A stretch of 64,000 bases of DNA, taken from assembly GCA_963745075.1 (NCBI GenBank), contig CAVUWV010000032.1, positions 64,001-128,000 of the forward strand, read 5' to 3'. This document shows, one piece after another, positions 42,689 through 52,548 of the stretch. How positions within the stretch are numbered: the stretch's first letter is position 1; the number at the start of each line of letters is the position of its first letter. The DNA comes from Candidatus Hydrogenedentota bacterium. GTDB lineage: Bacteria; Hydrogenedentota; Hydrogenedentia; Hydrogenedentales; SLHB01. The translations under genes were made by a program, and so were the position numbers. A model generated the notes under the pieces. That model worked only from the letters and a program-made list of their open reading frames with translations. It made no database searches and was not told the origin of the DNA.

Positions 42689-44222
42689 GTGGCAGTGACG
42701 GCTTCCCAATCGAGTGGCGCGGTGGCGGCGTATCTGGCCAAGGTGGAACCGGACCAGATCGACCCCGGTTTCCTGGGGTATCTGGCGAACCTGAGCGCGG
42801 TGGCGGCGGTGGCGCCGCTGGTCGCGAAGGAGATCGTGCAGGAACTGGCCGATCAACGGAGCTACCTCAAGCTCATCGCCAGCGAGAACTATTGCTCGCT
42901 CGCCACGCAGCTCGCCATGGGCAACCTGCTCACGGACAAGTACGCGGAAGGGTTCCCCCACTCGCGCTTTTACGAAGGCTGCGACAACGTCGACGAGATC
43001 GAAGCCTACGCCTGCGAACAGGCCTGCAAACTCTTCGGCTGCGAGCACGCCTACGTGCAGCCCCACAGCGGCGCGGACGCGAACATGGTCGCCTTCTGGG
43101 GCATCCTGCAGGCGCGCGTCGCGGTGCCGGCGTTGGAAGAACTGGGCGTGAAGGATCCGGGCGCGCTGTCCCACGAGGATTGGGAGACGCTGCGCCAGAA
43201 GCTGGGCAACCAGCGCCTGCTGGGCTTGAACCTCGCCGCGGGCGGCCACCTCACCCACGGCTACCGCCACAACGTCTCGGGCAAAATGTTCGACGCCTAC
43301 GCCTACGGCGTGAACGAGGATACCTTCCTCCTCGATTACGACGCCATCGAGAAACAGGCGGAGGACGTAAGCCGCTGATCCTGCTCGCGGGCTACAGCGC
43401 CTATCCGCGCGCCATCGATTTCAAGCGCATGCGCGCCATCGCCGACAAGGTCGGCGCGGTGCTCATGGTGGACATGGCCCACTTCGCGGGGCTCGTCGCG
43501 GGCGGCGTGTTCACCGGCGACCACAGTCCCTTCCCCCACGCCCAAGTAGTCACGTCGACGACCCACAAGACCCTGCGCGGACCGCGCGGCGGCATCATGC
43601 TTGTCGACGAAGGAATTCGGCCAGTACATGGACAAGGGCTGCCCCATGGTGCTCGGCGGACCGCTGCCGCACATCATGGCGGCCAAGGCCATCGCGTTGA
43701 CCGAAGCCAACCGGCCCGAGTTCAAGGACTATACGAAGCAGATCGTCACGAATTGCCAGGCCCTCGCACAGGCCTGCGTCGACGAAGGCATGAGCGTCGT
43801 CTCCGGCGGCACGGACAACCATCTCATGCTCATCGACGTGACGACCTTCGGCCTCACCGGCCGCCAGGGCGCCAGCGCCTTGCGCGACTGCGGCATCACG
43901 CTCAACAAAAACGCCATCCCCTTCGACAAGAACTCGCCCGATGATCACCAGCGGCATGCGCCTCGGCACGCCCGCCGTGACGACCCTCGGCATGGGCGTC
44001 GAGGAGATGAAGGAGATCGCCGCCATCATCAAGCTCGCCCTCAGCAATACGAAAGCGGGGGTCGTCGAGTCCGGCAAAAACGCGGGCAAACCCAGCAAGA
44101 TCAATTACGTGCTGGACGAAAAGGCCCACCAGGAAGGCAAGGCCCGCGTGAAAGCGCTACTGGATAGATTCCCCGTCTACCCGGAACTGGACCTGGCGCT
44201 GTTGCAGGAGTATTTCGGGTAG
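42689..44222 (+). CDS. glyA: Serine hydroxymethyltransferase, long type (three apparent frameshifts near 43367, 43601, 43938)
   Basis: [75 protein letters not shown] spread over four frame segments. Confidence 0.93.
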
Positions 44223-44250
44223 GGCTGCGGCGCAAACTCTTTTGGAAATG

Positions 44251-44332
44251 GGACTCATGGGACCGATGCGACCTATGGGACGGAAATTCGCGTTGAATCT
44301 ATACGTCTCGTAGGGCTTATTGGTTCCATTGG
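44251..44332. repeat. 9-bp-period GGAC array with degenerate inverted arm
   Basis: GGAC/CGAC at 44251, 44260, 44269, 44278, followed by degenerate reverse units, just after glyA. Confidence 0.55.
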
Positions 44333-44435
44333 CATTTCGACCTTTGCCGCAACTTGCCGATTGCCCCGCAGATTCACTCTTGACAGATTCTTGCATTGCC
44401 AGCACAATAGCCTTGGGTCGGGGACAAGGAGAGTT

Positions 44436-44927
44436 ATGGCATCATACCTGCGCACCAAGCGCCGTAAGGCCGGGTTGCCGGAGTTTTTGCTTGTATTCGC
44501 GATGATCGCGGCGATCGTGCCTTTGACGGTCGTCTGGTACAGCCTTAACCAGCCCGACTGGCCCGCCGCGGGGGGGTGGGTCCTCTCCGGCAAAATCGTC
44601 AACACCCACTACAACGCCCCCGACTACAAGCAGAAGGTCACCGTTGACTACGAGTACCTCATCGGCGGCGCTAACTACAAAGGCGAATTCGTCGGCCTCT
44701 GGCCCGACGTCGGCAGTCCCAACGCGCTCCCTCCCAGCGAACTCGAAAAGATTACGCAGAAAGGCTACCCCCTCACCGTCTTCTACGACCCCGACGACCC
44801 CACCCGCAGCCGCCTCCACACCCGCGGCCACGACGATCAGCTCAGTTTGATTCTGATCGCCGGTTGTTGCGTGGTCTTAGCGGGGGTGTATGCGTTTGTC
44901 GTATACCCCGCCTGGCGGAGCCGGTGA
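44436..44927 (+). CDS. DUF3592-like membrane protein
   Basis: TM helix, WPAAGG, VDYEY, VFYDPDDP..SRL, C-terminal TM helix. AGGAG RBS. Confidence 0.75.
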   Translation: MASYLRTKRRKAGLPEFLLVFAMIAAIVPLTVVWYSLNQPDWPAAGGWVLSGKIVNTHYNAPDYKQKVTVDYEYLIGGANYKGEFVGLWPDVGSPNALPPSELEKITQKGYPLTVFYDPDDPTRSRLHTRGHDDQLSLILIAGCCVVLAGVYAFVVYPAWRSR

Positions 44928-44949
44928 AGTGTGATGACGCACCCTCCCC

Positions 44950-44985
44950 ATCGTACTCGCTCTCGTACGCGTACTCGTACTCGAA
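44950..44985 (+). repeat. Left arm of perfect 36-bp inverted repeat
   Basis: ATCGTACTCGCTCTCGTACGCGTACTCGTACTCGAA is the exact reverse complement of 45421-45456. Confidence 0.95.
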
Positions 44986-45003
44986 TCCAAGGAGAGGTGC
45001 AGC

Positions 45004-45408
45004 ATGCCAACCTTTGACCACGAGAAACTCGATGTGTACCGAGTCAGCCTCGAATTCGTCCGATTCGCACACCAAGTTTGCGACAAACTACAAGCTAACC
45101 ATCGTGCCGCAAAAGATCAGTTACTACGAGCAAGTATATCCATCCCACTGAACATTGCCGAAGGAAACGGAAAACGACCGACTGCGGACCGTAAACGATT
45201 CCTGGAGATTGCGCGCGGGTCGGCGACAGAGTGTGCCGCGATTCTCGATGTGCTGCGCGCCACGGGCGGGTGCACTGATGAGCACGTTGACGAAGGAAAG
45301 GCAATGCTCGTGCGAATCGTGGCTATGCTGACGAAGATGATAAATATGGATCAGGTTCGGGAAGACGACACCGAGTATGGTTCGGACGCCGACCGTACCA
45401 CCGAATGA
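45004..45408 (+). CDS. Four-helix-bundle protein (S23 rRNA intervening-sequence protein/Avd-like family)
   Basis: [57 protein letters not shown]. Confidence 0.92.
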   Translation: MPTFDHEKLDVYRVSLEFVRFAHQVCDKLQANHRAAKDQLLRASISIPLNIAEGNGKRPTADRKRFLEIARGSATECAAILDVLRATGGCTDEHVDEGKAMLVRIVAMLTKMINMDQVREDDTEYGSDADRTTE

Positions 45409-45420
45409 TCGCGAGCACGT

Positions 45421-45456
45421 TTCGAGTACGAGTACGCGTACGAGAGCGAGTACGAT
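45421..45456 (-). repeat. Right arm of perfect 36-bp inverted repeat
   Basis: TTCGAGTACGAGTACGCGTACGAGAGCGAGTACGAT is the exact reverse complement of 44950-44985. Confidence 0.95.
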
Positions 45457-45471
45457 TCGGAGATCCCCTCG

Positions 45472-47251
45472 CTACTTCTCCGTCTTCGGCGGGTACTTGA
45501 TTTGGAGATGCAGCTCTTGGAGCTGCCTCTCCGTGACCTCGCTGGGCGCGCCCATCAACAAGTCCTGCGCTTTCTGCGTCAGCGGGAACGCAATGACCTC
45601 GCGGATGTTGGGCTCGTCGGCGAGTAGCATGACGATGCGGTCGAAACCCGGGCGCGATCCCTCCGTGAGGAGGGGCCCCGTAATGGAAGGCGTTCCACAA
45701 CGCCGGGAACTTTGACTTCACTGTGTCCTCGGGATACCCCGCGATTTCAAAGGCCTTCAGCATGATCTCGGGCCGGTGGTTACGGATGGCCCCCGACGAC
45801 AACTCGATCCCGTTGCACACTACGTCATACTGGAACGCGAGCACGTCGAGGGGATCCCCCAGCAGCGCTTCCAATCCACCCTGCGGCATCGAGAAAGGGT
45901 TGTGCGAAAAATCGACCTTCTTCTCATCCTCGTTCCACTCGAACATGGGAAAGTCGACCACCCAACAGAAGGCGGCGAGGTTGTTGTCAACGATGCCAAG
46001 CGCATTCGCGAGGTAGACGCGAACCTTCCCGAGGAGAGCATTCGTCTCCGCGCGGTCGCCGGCGCCGAAGAAGAGGGCGTCGCCTTCGCGCGCGGCCGTG
46101 CGATCGATGAGGGCTTTCCGTTCGGCCTCGCTCAAGAACTTGACGATGGGACCCTTGAGTTCGCCGTCGCGCAGCGCGATCCAGGCGAGCCCTTTCGCGC
46201 CTTCGCCCTTGGCGAAGGATTCCGCGTCGTCGAAGAACTTGCGGGACTGCGTGGCCACGCCTTTCGCATTGATGACTTTCACCGCGCCCTTGCTCTTCAC
46301 GGCGTTCGCGAAAACCTTGAACTCGCTGTCGCCGAAGATATCCGTCGCGTCGATCATTTCGAGCCCGAAACGGATATCGGGCTTGTCCGTGCCGTACTTC
46401 TCCATGGCGTCGCGATAGGGAATCCGCGGGAAGGGATTTGCCTGGATGGTCTTGTCCGACAACTCGCTGAACAGGCGCACGAGCAGCAACTCGATCTCGT
46501 GGAAGAGATCGTCCTGCGTGATATATGACATCTCGATATCGATTTGATAGAACTCGCCGGGGCTGCGGTCCGCGCGGCTGTCTTCATCGCGGAAACAGGG
46601 CGCGATCTGAAAGTACTTGTCGAAGCCCGAAATCATCAGCAACTGTTTGAACTGCTGCGGCGCTTGGGGCAGCGCATAAAACTCGCCGGGATACAACCGG
46701 CTCGGAACAAGGTAGTCCCGCGCGCCTTCCGGCGACGAACTGGTCAGGATTGGCGTGTGATACTCCGTGAACCCGCGCTCGGTGAGGTGTGCGCGGGTAA
46801 GTTGCGCGGTCTGCGAACGAAGCAGGATGTTGCGGTGCAACCGTTCCCGCCGTAGATCGAGGAATCGATGGGCAAGCCGCGTTTCTTCGGGATACTCCAA
46901 TTCCTGGTTGATCGGAAACGGCAGTTGTTCCGCGATGGACTCGACATGGAAACTCGCGGCGACCACTTCAATTTCGCCCGTGTCGAGATTCGGGTTGATC
47001 GTCTCCGCCGTACGCGCGACAACCTTGCCGTCCACGCGAATGACGCTTTCGGACCGCACCTGCTCGGCTTCGGCAAAGAACGGTTGATCCGGATTCACGA
47101 CCACCTGCGTGAGGCCGTAGTGATCGCGTAGATCGATAAAGATCACGCCGCCGTGGTCGCGTTTCCGGTGAACCCAGCCCGACAGGCGGACCTCGTTGTC
47201 CACGTCCGCGGGACGCAGTTCACCACAGGTATGCGTGCGAAAGGGATGCAT
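45472..47251 (-). CDS. aspS: Aspartate--tRNA ligase (apparent +1 frameshift near 45645)
   Basis: [44 protein letters not shown]. Removing one base restores [22 protein letters not shown]...TEK and a stop at 45472. Confidence 0.96.
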
Positions 47252-47301
47252 TGCCGTATCTCCAGAGCGGGTACTGATTTCGCGCCGTAGTTAAACGCCG
47301 G

Positions 47302-47330
47302 ATCGTAGCGGTTGACGGGGCGATTGTCAA
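47302..47330 (-). promoter_or_regulatory. Sigma70-type promoter of aspS
   Basis: TTGACA (47330-47325), 17-nt spacer, TACGAT (47307-47302). Confidence 0.65.
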
Positions 47331-47480
47331 ATTGTTGGAGCAAAGCGCAGCCCTGCGCTCGTGGAATATGGGCTGGCACTACCGCCCGATCCAGGGCGGC
47401 ACGCGCGGATATGGAGCACCGGCCGATCGGAGGGATAGGTCCGATCGGTCCGATCCAACCAACAAGTTGCCTCCGGCGGA

Positions 47481-47509
47481 TTGCCGGATCTGCCGCGCGG
47501 TGCTATGAT
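47481..47509 (+). promoter_or_regulatory. Possible sigma70-type promoter
   Basis: TTGCCG, 17-nt spacer, TGc-TATGAT upstream of ATG 47564. Confidence 0.45.
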
Positions 47510-47563
47510 TGCACCGGGGCGTCTCGGGCCAAAACCGCATTGGTCTAAAGGGGGAATTCTGCC

Positions 47564-49045
47564 ATGAGTACTCACGCCCACACCCATTGTTCCGGCTGTC
47601 TGATGTCCCGCCGCTGTTTTCTGGGCGCCATGTCCGTCGCGGCGGCAGCCGGCCCGGCTGTTTCCACTGTCGCTGCGGCGCCGGAGCCCGGTAAACTCAG
47701 CGAACACGTCGACCTCTCTGAGTTCCGGCCCAAACCGGAGGTCGTGGTTTACGGAGCGGTCGTGCGCCAGGCGCCGCCCTACTGGCTGGGTTGGCCCGGT
47801 ACGGCGTACGACGTGGAGGGGCGCCGCAAGGAGTACACCCAAGGCGCGGCGGACGCCGCGCAGCGGCTGGGGATCACCTTGTCCCAAGTGGAATCGCCAC
47901 TCGAATCGGACGAGGCGGTGGACGGTTTCGTGCGTATGGTTTCCGCCGATGAGCCCGACGCGGTCCTCCTCGTCCTGCAACACTTCGCGGTATGGGGGCA
48001 GGTCGAGAAGATCGCGAAGGCCGGCGTTCCCACGATCGTCTTCGCCCCGATCGGGATGGCCTTCACCGGCCACGTCCTCGAGATTTCGCGCCAGCCCGGT
48101 GTGCATGTCATTTCATCCCTCGAGATGGGAGCCGTGGAACAAGCGTTGCGCATGGTACGCGCCCGCAAACAATTGGCCACGTCCCGGCTGCTGGTCCTGG
48201 CCGGCACCGAGCGCAAAGACGAAGCCATCGAAGTCGTTACCCATGTGCTGCGTATCCCGCTCGATTCTCTGCACGAGACTTTCGAAAGGATGCCCGTCAA
48301 CGACGAGGTCCACGAGGTCGCCAAGATCATGCGACGAGGCGCCCAGGATATCGTCGAGCCCACCCCGGACGATCTGCTGAACTCGGCCCGTACCTTTGTC
48401 ACGGCGAAGCGCCTGTTGAAGGACGAGGAGTGCAACGGGGTAACCTCGGACTGTCTCGGCATGGTGTCGTCCCGCGTTGTACCGACGCCGCCATGCATGG
48501 CGGCGACCTTGTTCCAGGACGCGGGCGTCACGTACGGATGCGAGGCGGACGTGTTCGGCGCGCTGTCGCTGATGCTGACGAGTTATCTCCTCGACCGGCC
48601 CGGATTCATGAACGACCCGGTCCCGGAAACCTATAAGAACGTGCTTATCGCCGCTCACTGCACCTCGGGCACGCGGCTCAACGGCTTCCGGGAAGCCCCG
48701 GAACCGTATATCCTGCGGTCCCATTCGGAGTCGAACCTCGGGGTCGCGACGCAGGTGCTGTGGCGTGAAGGGCAAAAAGTGACGCTGGTGCGCTTTACCA
48801 ACGGCAAGGAGATGATCGTCGACACGGGTACCGTGGTGAGCAACGTCAGCACACCGCCTGCCGGCGGGTGCCGGACGAGCTTCGAAATTGCCATGGACCG
48901 GATTGAAGACGTGCGCGACGTGAAGGGGTTCCATCAGGTCGTGTCTTACGGTGATCACCGCCGCGACGTGGAGGCCTTCTGCCAGATGTACGGCATCAAG
49001 GTGGTCCGTTCCCCGGCACAGCCGCCGGAACCCGAGACGGCGTAA
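47564..49045 (+). CDS. L-fucose/L-arabinose isomerase-fold protein with Tat-like signal
   Basis: SRRCFL, DCLG, PPCMA, GCEAD, AAHC, GCRT, GFHQVVSYGD resemble the FucI/AraA C-terminal fold. Confidence 0.65.
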   Translation: MSTHAHTHCSGCLMSRRCFLGAMSVAAAAGPAVSTVAAAPEPGKLSEHVDLSEFRPKPEVVVYGAVVRQAPPYWLGWPGTAYDVEGRRKEYTQGAADAAQRLGITLSQVESPLESDEAVDGFVRMVSADEPDAVLLVLQHFAVWGQVEKIAKAGVPTIVFAPIGMAFTGHVLEISRQPGVHVISSLEMGAVEQALRMVRARKQLATSRLLVLAGTERKDEAIEVVTHVLRIPLDSLHETFERMPVNDEVHEVAKIMRRGAQDIVEPTPDDLLNSARTFVTAKRLLKDEECNGVTSDCLGMVSSRVVPTPPCMAATLFQDAGVTYGCEADVFGALSLMLTSYLLDRPGFMNDPVPETYKNVLIAAHCTSGTRLNGFREAPEPYILRSHSESNLGVATQVLWREGQKVTLVRFTNGKEMIVDTGTVVSNVSTPPAGGCRTSFEIAMDRIEDVRDVKGFHQVVSYGDHRRDVEAFCQMYGIKVVRSPAQPPEPETA

Positions 49046-49102
49046 GTCCGCTCGCCTCGCCGGGCGCGGAATGCTTGCCGCGCTCGGCGAGCACGGCACT
49101 AC
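49042..49102. repeat. GTAG-type REP-like hairpin pair between convergent genes
   Basis: Minus strand GTAG-TGCCGTGCTC-GCC-GAGCGCGGCA (49102-49076) plus a degenerate plus-strand copy at 49042-49070. Confidence 0.55.
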
Positions 49103-49118
49103 GAGGGGGCGCGCTCGC

Positions 49119-50204
49119 CTACTTCACGATATCCGTCTTCAAGAGTTTGTAGATTCCGGAGTCGATCCCGACGAGCATTTCGCTTCCTTCCGGCGTGGAT
49201 TCTTGCATGACTTCGAGAGATCGCATGTACACGTACAACTCCGGGTTCGACCCAAAGGCCTCGGCGAAGATATGGATGGCTTCCGCATCGCCTTCACCGC
49301 GCAATTTCGCTGCGTCACGCTCGGCGTTCGCCAGGATGACTTGCACCCTCCGGTCCGTGGTGCCTTCGATGATGTCCGCCTGTTTCTGCCCTTCGCTGCG
49401 ATAGGCTTTGGAGATTCGCGAACGTTCGGCCTGCATACGGCCGTAGACCGCTTCAAAGTTTTCCGGCAGCAGGTCGGCCCGCTTGATGCGCACATCGATC
49501 ACGCGGATGCCGTACTGCGCTTTCGCGCGCGCATCGGCCTGGGCCGTCACCGCGTTCATGATCTTCTCGCGACCTTGGGTGATGCGCTCCTTCATGGGAT
49601 TGTCCATCACCATGTCCTCCATGTCCTCAAGGCCTTCCTCCGCCGTTTCCATGGGACGGTCGACGTAGTCGTTGGTCGTGCGAATGACTTCCGTCAGATT
49701 GTTCTGTCCCAGCTCCTCGCGCACCGCGGAATAGATGACGTTGTCCAAGGCGCCTTTCGCGGCGGTCGTGGTGCGTACGCTGATGCGGAACAACAGCGGA
49801 TTCTCGATTCTCCACCGTGCGAAGTTGTCCACGATAAGTGTCTTCTTGTCCGCCAGTACCACGGCTTCGGGTTCCGCATCGTACGTTTTCAGTACGTCCG
49901 GAAACCGCTCGACGGTATCGACAAAGGGGAGCTTGAAATACAGTCCCGCACCGCGGCTGACCTTCAGCGATTCGGTATCGACCTCCGTTTCGGAACGGGC
50001 GGCGGTTTGCATGATCGCCTGGCGGACATTCTCATACTCATCGTCCGGCATATCGCCGACGATGATGAGAATGGGTTTGGCGAGCCGCGTCACGACCGCC
50101 TGCTCGCGTTCGTGCACGATAAAGGTGCACGTTTTCCCCGCGATGGCGCCCACGATGAGTACGATGGCCAGAATAGTCAGTAAGGATCCGGCAGTTTTCA
50201 ACAT
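49119..50204 (-). CDS. hflC: FtsH protease modulator HflC
   Basis: N-terminal TM, GLYFKLPF, DKKTLIVDNFARWRI, GIRVIDVRIKR, RMQAER, RGEGDAEA, RSLE. Confidence 0.92.
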   Translation of the reverse strand: MLKTAGSLLTILAIVLIVGAIAGKTCTFIVHEREQAVVTRLAKPILIIVGDMPDDEYENVRQAIMQTAARSETEVDTESLKVSRGAGLYFKLPFVDTVERFPDVLKTYDAEPEAVVLADKKTLIVDNFARWRIENPLLFRISVRTTTAAKGALDNVIYSAVREELGQNNLTEVIRTTNDYVDRPMETAEEGLEDMEDMVMDNPMKERITQGREKIMNAVTAQADARAKAQYGIRVIDVRIKRADLLPENFEAVYGRMQAERSRISKAYRSEGQKQADIIEGTTDRRVQVILANAERDAAKLRGEGDAEAIHIFAEAFGSNPELYVYMRSLEVMQESTPEGSEMLVGIDSGIYKLLKTDIVK

Positions 50205-51259
50205 TATTGTCCGCCTCCTTCCTGGCTTTGCGGCGGCGTGGGCATCAAGACCATCCCGTTGCGCCCCATGGTTTTCAGGTTTACAATTCCCGCGTTGTCA
50301 TCCACAACCGTAATCTGCATCTTCGGCAGCAGTTTCGCCATGGTTTCCAAATACAATCGCGCGCGCGTAATTTCCGGCGCGAGTTCGTACTGCTCCGCAA
50401 TCGATTCAAACCGCGCGACCGCGCCTTGGGCCTCCGCGATATGGGCCTCTTTGTATCCCTCCGCATCCTGCTTCACGCGTTCGCCCTCGCCTTCGGCCTT
50501 GGGGATCTGCTCGCTCTGATAGGCGTGGGCCTCGTTGATGATCTTCTCCCGCTCTTCGCGTGCGCTGGCCACGTCCTTGAATGCGTCCGCCACCTGTTCC
50601 GGCGGTTGCACATCCTGCAAGTACACGTCGTGAATCGTGACGCCGGCGCCCGTCAGGTCGGCGAGATCCTGCATTTTCTGCTTGATCTCGCTCGAGATTT
50701 GGACCTTGCCGGTCGTCAACACGTCGTTGATGGGGTGATCGCCTACTGCCTGGCGCAACGCCGCTTCCGCGATCGCCTGTAACATGTTCGCCACGTCTCC
50801 CGGCTCGAAGTTAAAGAGGTAATCGCGGGAGTTCTTGATGCGGTACTGCACCGCCATCGAGCAATCCACCACGTTCTCGTCGCCGGTCAACATCTGCGCT
50901 TCCTGGAGCAGGCTCTTGTCCGCGTCAAAACTGCGGTACGTGTTCTGGCCGCCGTATTGCTCGGACCGGAATCCGATTTCCAGGCGCTTTACCTCGCCGA
51001 TGTCGGCCAGTTCGACCGTTTGGATCGGCCAGGGCAATTTGAAATGAAACCCGGGCTCCGTGGTCTTCGTGTACTTGCCGAATGTGAGCACGAGCCCCTC
51101 TTCCCCGGGCGCTACCGTGTAGGCCGGTCCGCCGAAAAGGAACCAGGCAATGAGTATGATCGCAATCACTGGTGCAATCACGAGTTGGGGCTTCAAGTCC
51201 GGCAGCTTGAATTCCGGCTTGCCGCCGACCACCTCGGGTCGGAATCCTTTGCGTTGCAT
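50204..51259 (-). CDS. hflK: FtsH protease modulator HflK
   Basis: PGFHFKLPWPI, MLTGDENVV, VQPPEQVADAF, APEITRARLYLETM. Adjacent to hflC. Confidence 0.93.
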   Translation of the reverse strand: MQRKGFRPEVVGGKPEFKLPDLKPQLVIAPVIAIILIAWFLFGGPAYTVAPGEEGLVLTFGKYTKTTEPGFHFKLPWPIQTVELADIGEVKRLEIGFRSEQYGGQNTYRSFDADKSLLQEAQMLTGDENVVDCSMAVQYRIKNSRDYLFNFEPGDVANMLQAIAEAALRQAVGDHPINDVLTTGKVQISSEIKQKMQDLADLTGAGVTIHDVYLQDVQPPEQVADAFKDVASAREEREKIINEAHAYQSEQIPKAEGEGERVKQDAEGYKEAHIAEAQGAVARFESIAEQYELAPEITRARLYLETMAKLLPKMQITVVDDNAGIVNLKTMGRNGMVLMPTPPQSQEGGGQ

Positions 51260-51344
51260 CTTGGGGGTTGCCTTTCTGTGAATGCGACAAATTTCGCGGT
51301 ACTGAGAGGATGTGGGATATGTATCAGCATAGGTGCCAGCCGCA

Positions 51345-51378
51345 AGGAATTCAACAAGACCAGGAATTCAACAAGACC
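51345..51378 (+). repeat. 17-bp tandem duplication AGGAATTCAACAAGACC x2
   Basis: Exact copies at 51345-51361 and 51362-51378, abutting a REP-like element. Confidence 0.8.
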
Positions 51379-51527
51379 ACAGCCGAGGGCGGCTGTGCCA
51401 CACGTCTTCCTTCAAAGCCATGGTTTTGCGACACTATCGTAGCATCTCTCTACGCCCAGATCAGAGATTGGAAAACCCGCAAACGACATCGATCAAGCGA
51501 GTGCGGCACAACCGCCCTCGGCTGTGG
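51377..51527. repeat. Inverted pair of 27-bp REP-like palindromes CCACAGCCGAGGGCGGCTGTGCCACAC
   Basis: 51377-51403 and the reverse complement of 51501-51527 differ at 2 of 27 positions. Confidence 0.85.
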
Positions 51528-51558
51528 ACTTCTCTACTTACTGAAGAAAGCCGAAACC

Positions 51559-52548
51559 CTATCGGGGCGCATGCACGTGACAGGCCGCGGTGTGACAGCC
51601 TCCCACATGGGTCAGCACTTGTTCCGTGGAGGCACAGACGGGCTGCGCGTCCTGGCAACGTGGATGGAAATGGCAACCCGATGGCGGTCGCAGCGGACTC
51701 GGCACGTCGCCCGTCAAAACGATGCGCTCTTCTTTGCCATCGGGATCGGGAACCGGTACCGCCGAGAGCAATGCTTTCGTATACGGATGCACGGTGCGCG
51801 TGAAGATATCTTCCGTCGTTCCGTACTCGACGATGCGGCCGAGGTACATGACGGCCACGTAATCCGAGATGTGCTTGACGACGCTGAGATCGTGCCCGAT
51901 AAACAAGTACGTAAGGTTCAATTTCTGCTGAAGGTCTTCCATTAAATTTAGAATCTGCGCTTGAATCGATACGTCCAATGCCGACACGGGTTCGTCGGCA
52001 ACAATCAAATCCGGTTCGACTGCCAGCGCCCGCGCAATGCCCAGCCGTTGCCGCTGACCGCCGCTGAACTCGTGAGGATAGCGGTCCGCCGCTTCCGGCG
52101 TCAGCCCGACCAGATCAAGCAACTCGATCACGCGCTCCCGGCGTTTTGTCCCCGACGCCAACCGATGCACACGAAGGATTTCGCTGAGCATGGAATTGAC
52201 GGTCATACGGGGATTCAGCGAACCGTACGGATCCTGGAAAATGATCTGCATGCGCTTGCGCACTTCGCGCAGCTCGCGGCGCGGCAAGGTTGTTACGTCG
52301 ATCCCGTCAAAGTTCACGACGCCCGACGTTGGTTCGATCAGACGCAGGATCGCGCGGCCGCAGGTTGTCTTACCGCTCCCGCTTTCCCCGACGAGGCTCA
52401 AGGTCTTCCCCCGCGGGATCGAAAAACTGACGCCGTCGACGGCGCGCACTGCGCCCACCGTTCGTGAAAGCACGCCCTTCCGGACGGGGAAATGCTTCAC
52501 GAGATCCTTCACGACAAGAAGTTCGCCGTTGGCCGTCGCGTCGCTCAT
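51559..52548 (-). CDS. oppF: Oligopeptide/dipeptide ABC transporter ATPase (OppF/DppF)
   Basis: [44 protein letters not shown] 52548 coupled to the oppD stop. Confidence 0.92.
   Translation of the reverse strand: MSDATANGELLVVKDLVKHFPVRKGVLSRTVGAVRAVDGVSFSIPRGKTLSLVGESGSGKTTCGRAILRLIEPTSGVVNFDGIDVTTLPRRELREVRKRMQIIFQDPYGSLNPRMTVNSMLSEILRVHRLASGTKRRERVIELLDLVGLTPEAADRYPHEFSGGQRQRLGIARALAVEPDLIVADEPVSALDVSIQAQILNLMEDLQQKLNLTYLFIGHDLSVVKHISDYVAVMYLGRIVEYGTTEDIFTRTVHPYTKALLSAVPVPDPDGKEERIVLTGDVPSPLRPPSGCHFHPRCQDAQPVCASTEQVLTHVGGCHTAACHVHAPR

Noticed and set aside
43360..43945. Programmed ribosomal frameshifting in glyA
   Set aside because: Three breaks without slippery heptamers, inside a region dense with similar indels. 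Sequencing error is more parsimonious.
44950..45456. Classical insertion sequence, or a diversity-generating retroelement via the Avd-like gene
   Set aside because: The enclosed ORF has no DDE or HUH transposase motifs and no target-site duplication is evident. No reverse transcriptase or template/variable repeat pair is seen in the window.
45323..45645. Extended Arg-rich C-terminus of AspRS as given in the ORF track
   Set aside because: Product of a +1 frameshift. The conserved C-terminus is in the other frame and ends at 45472.
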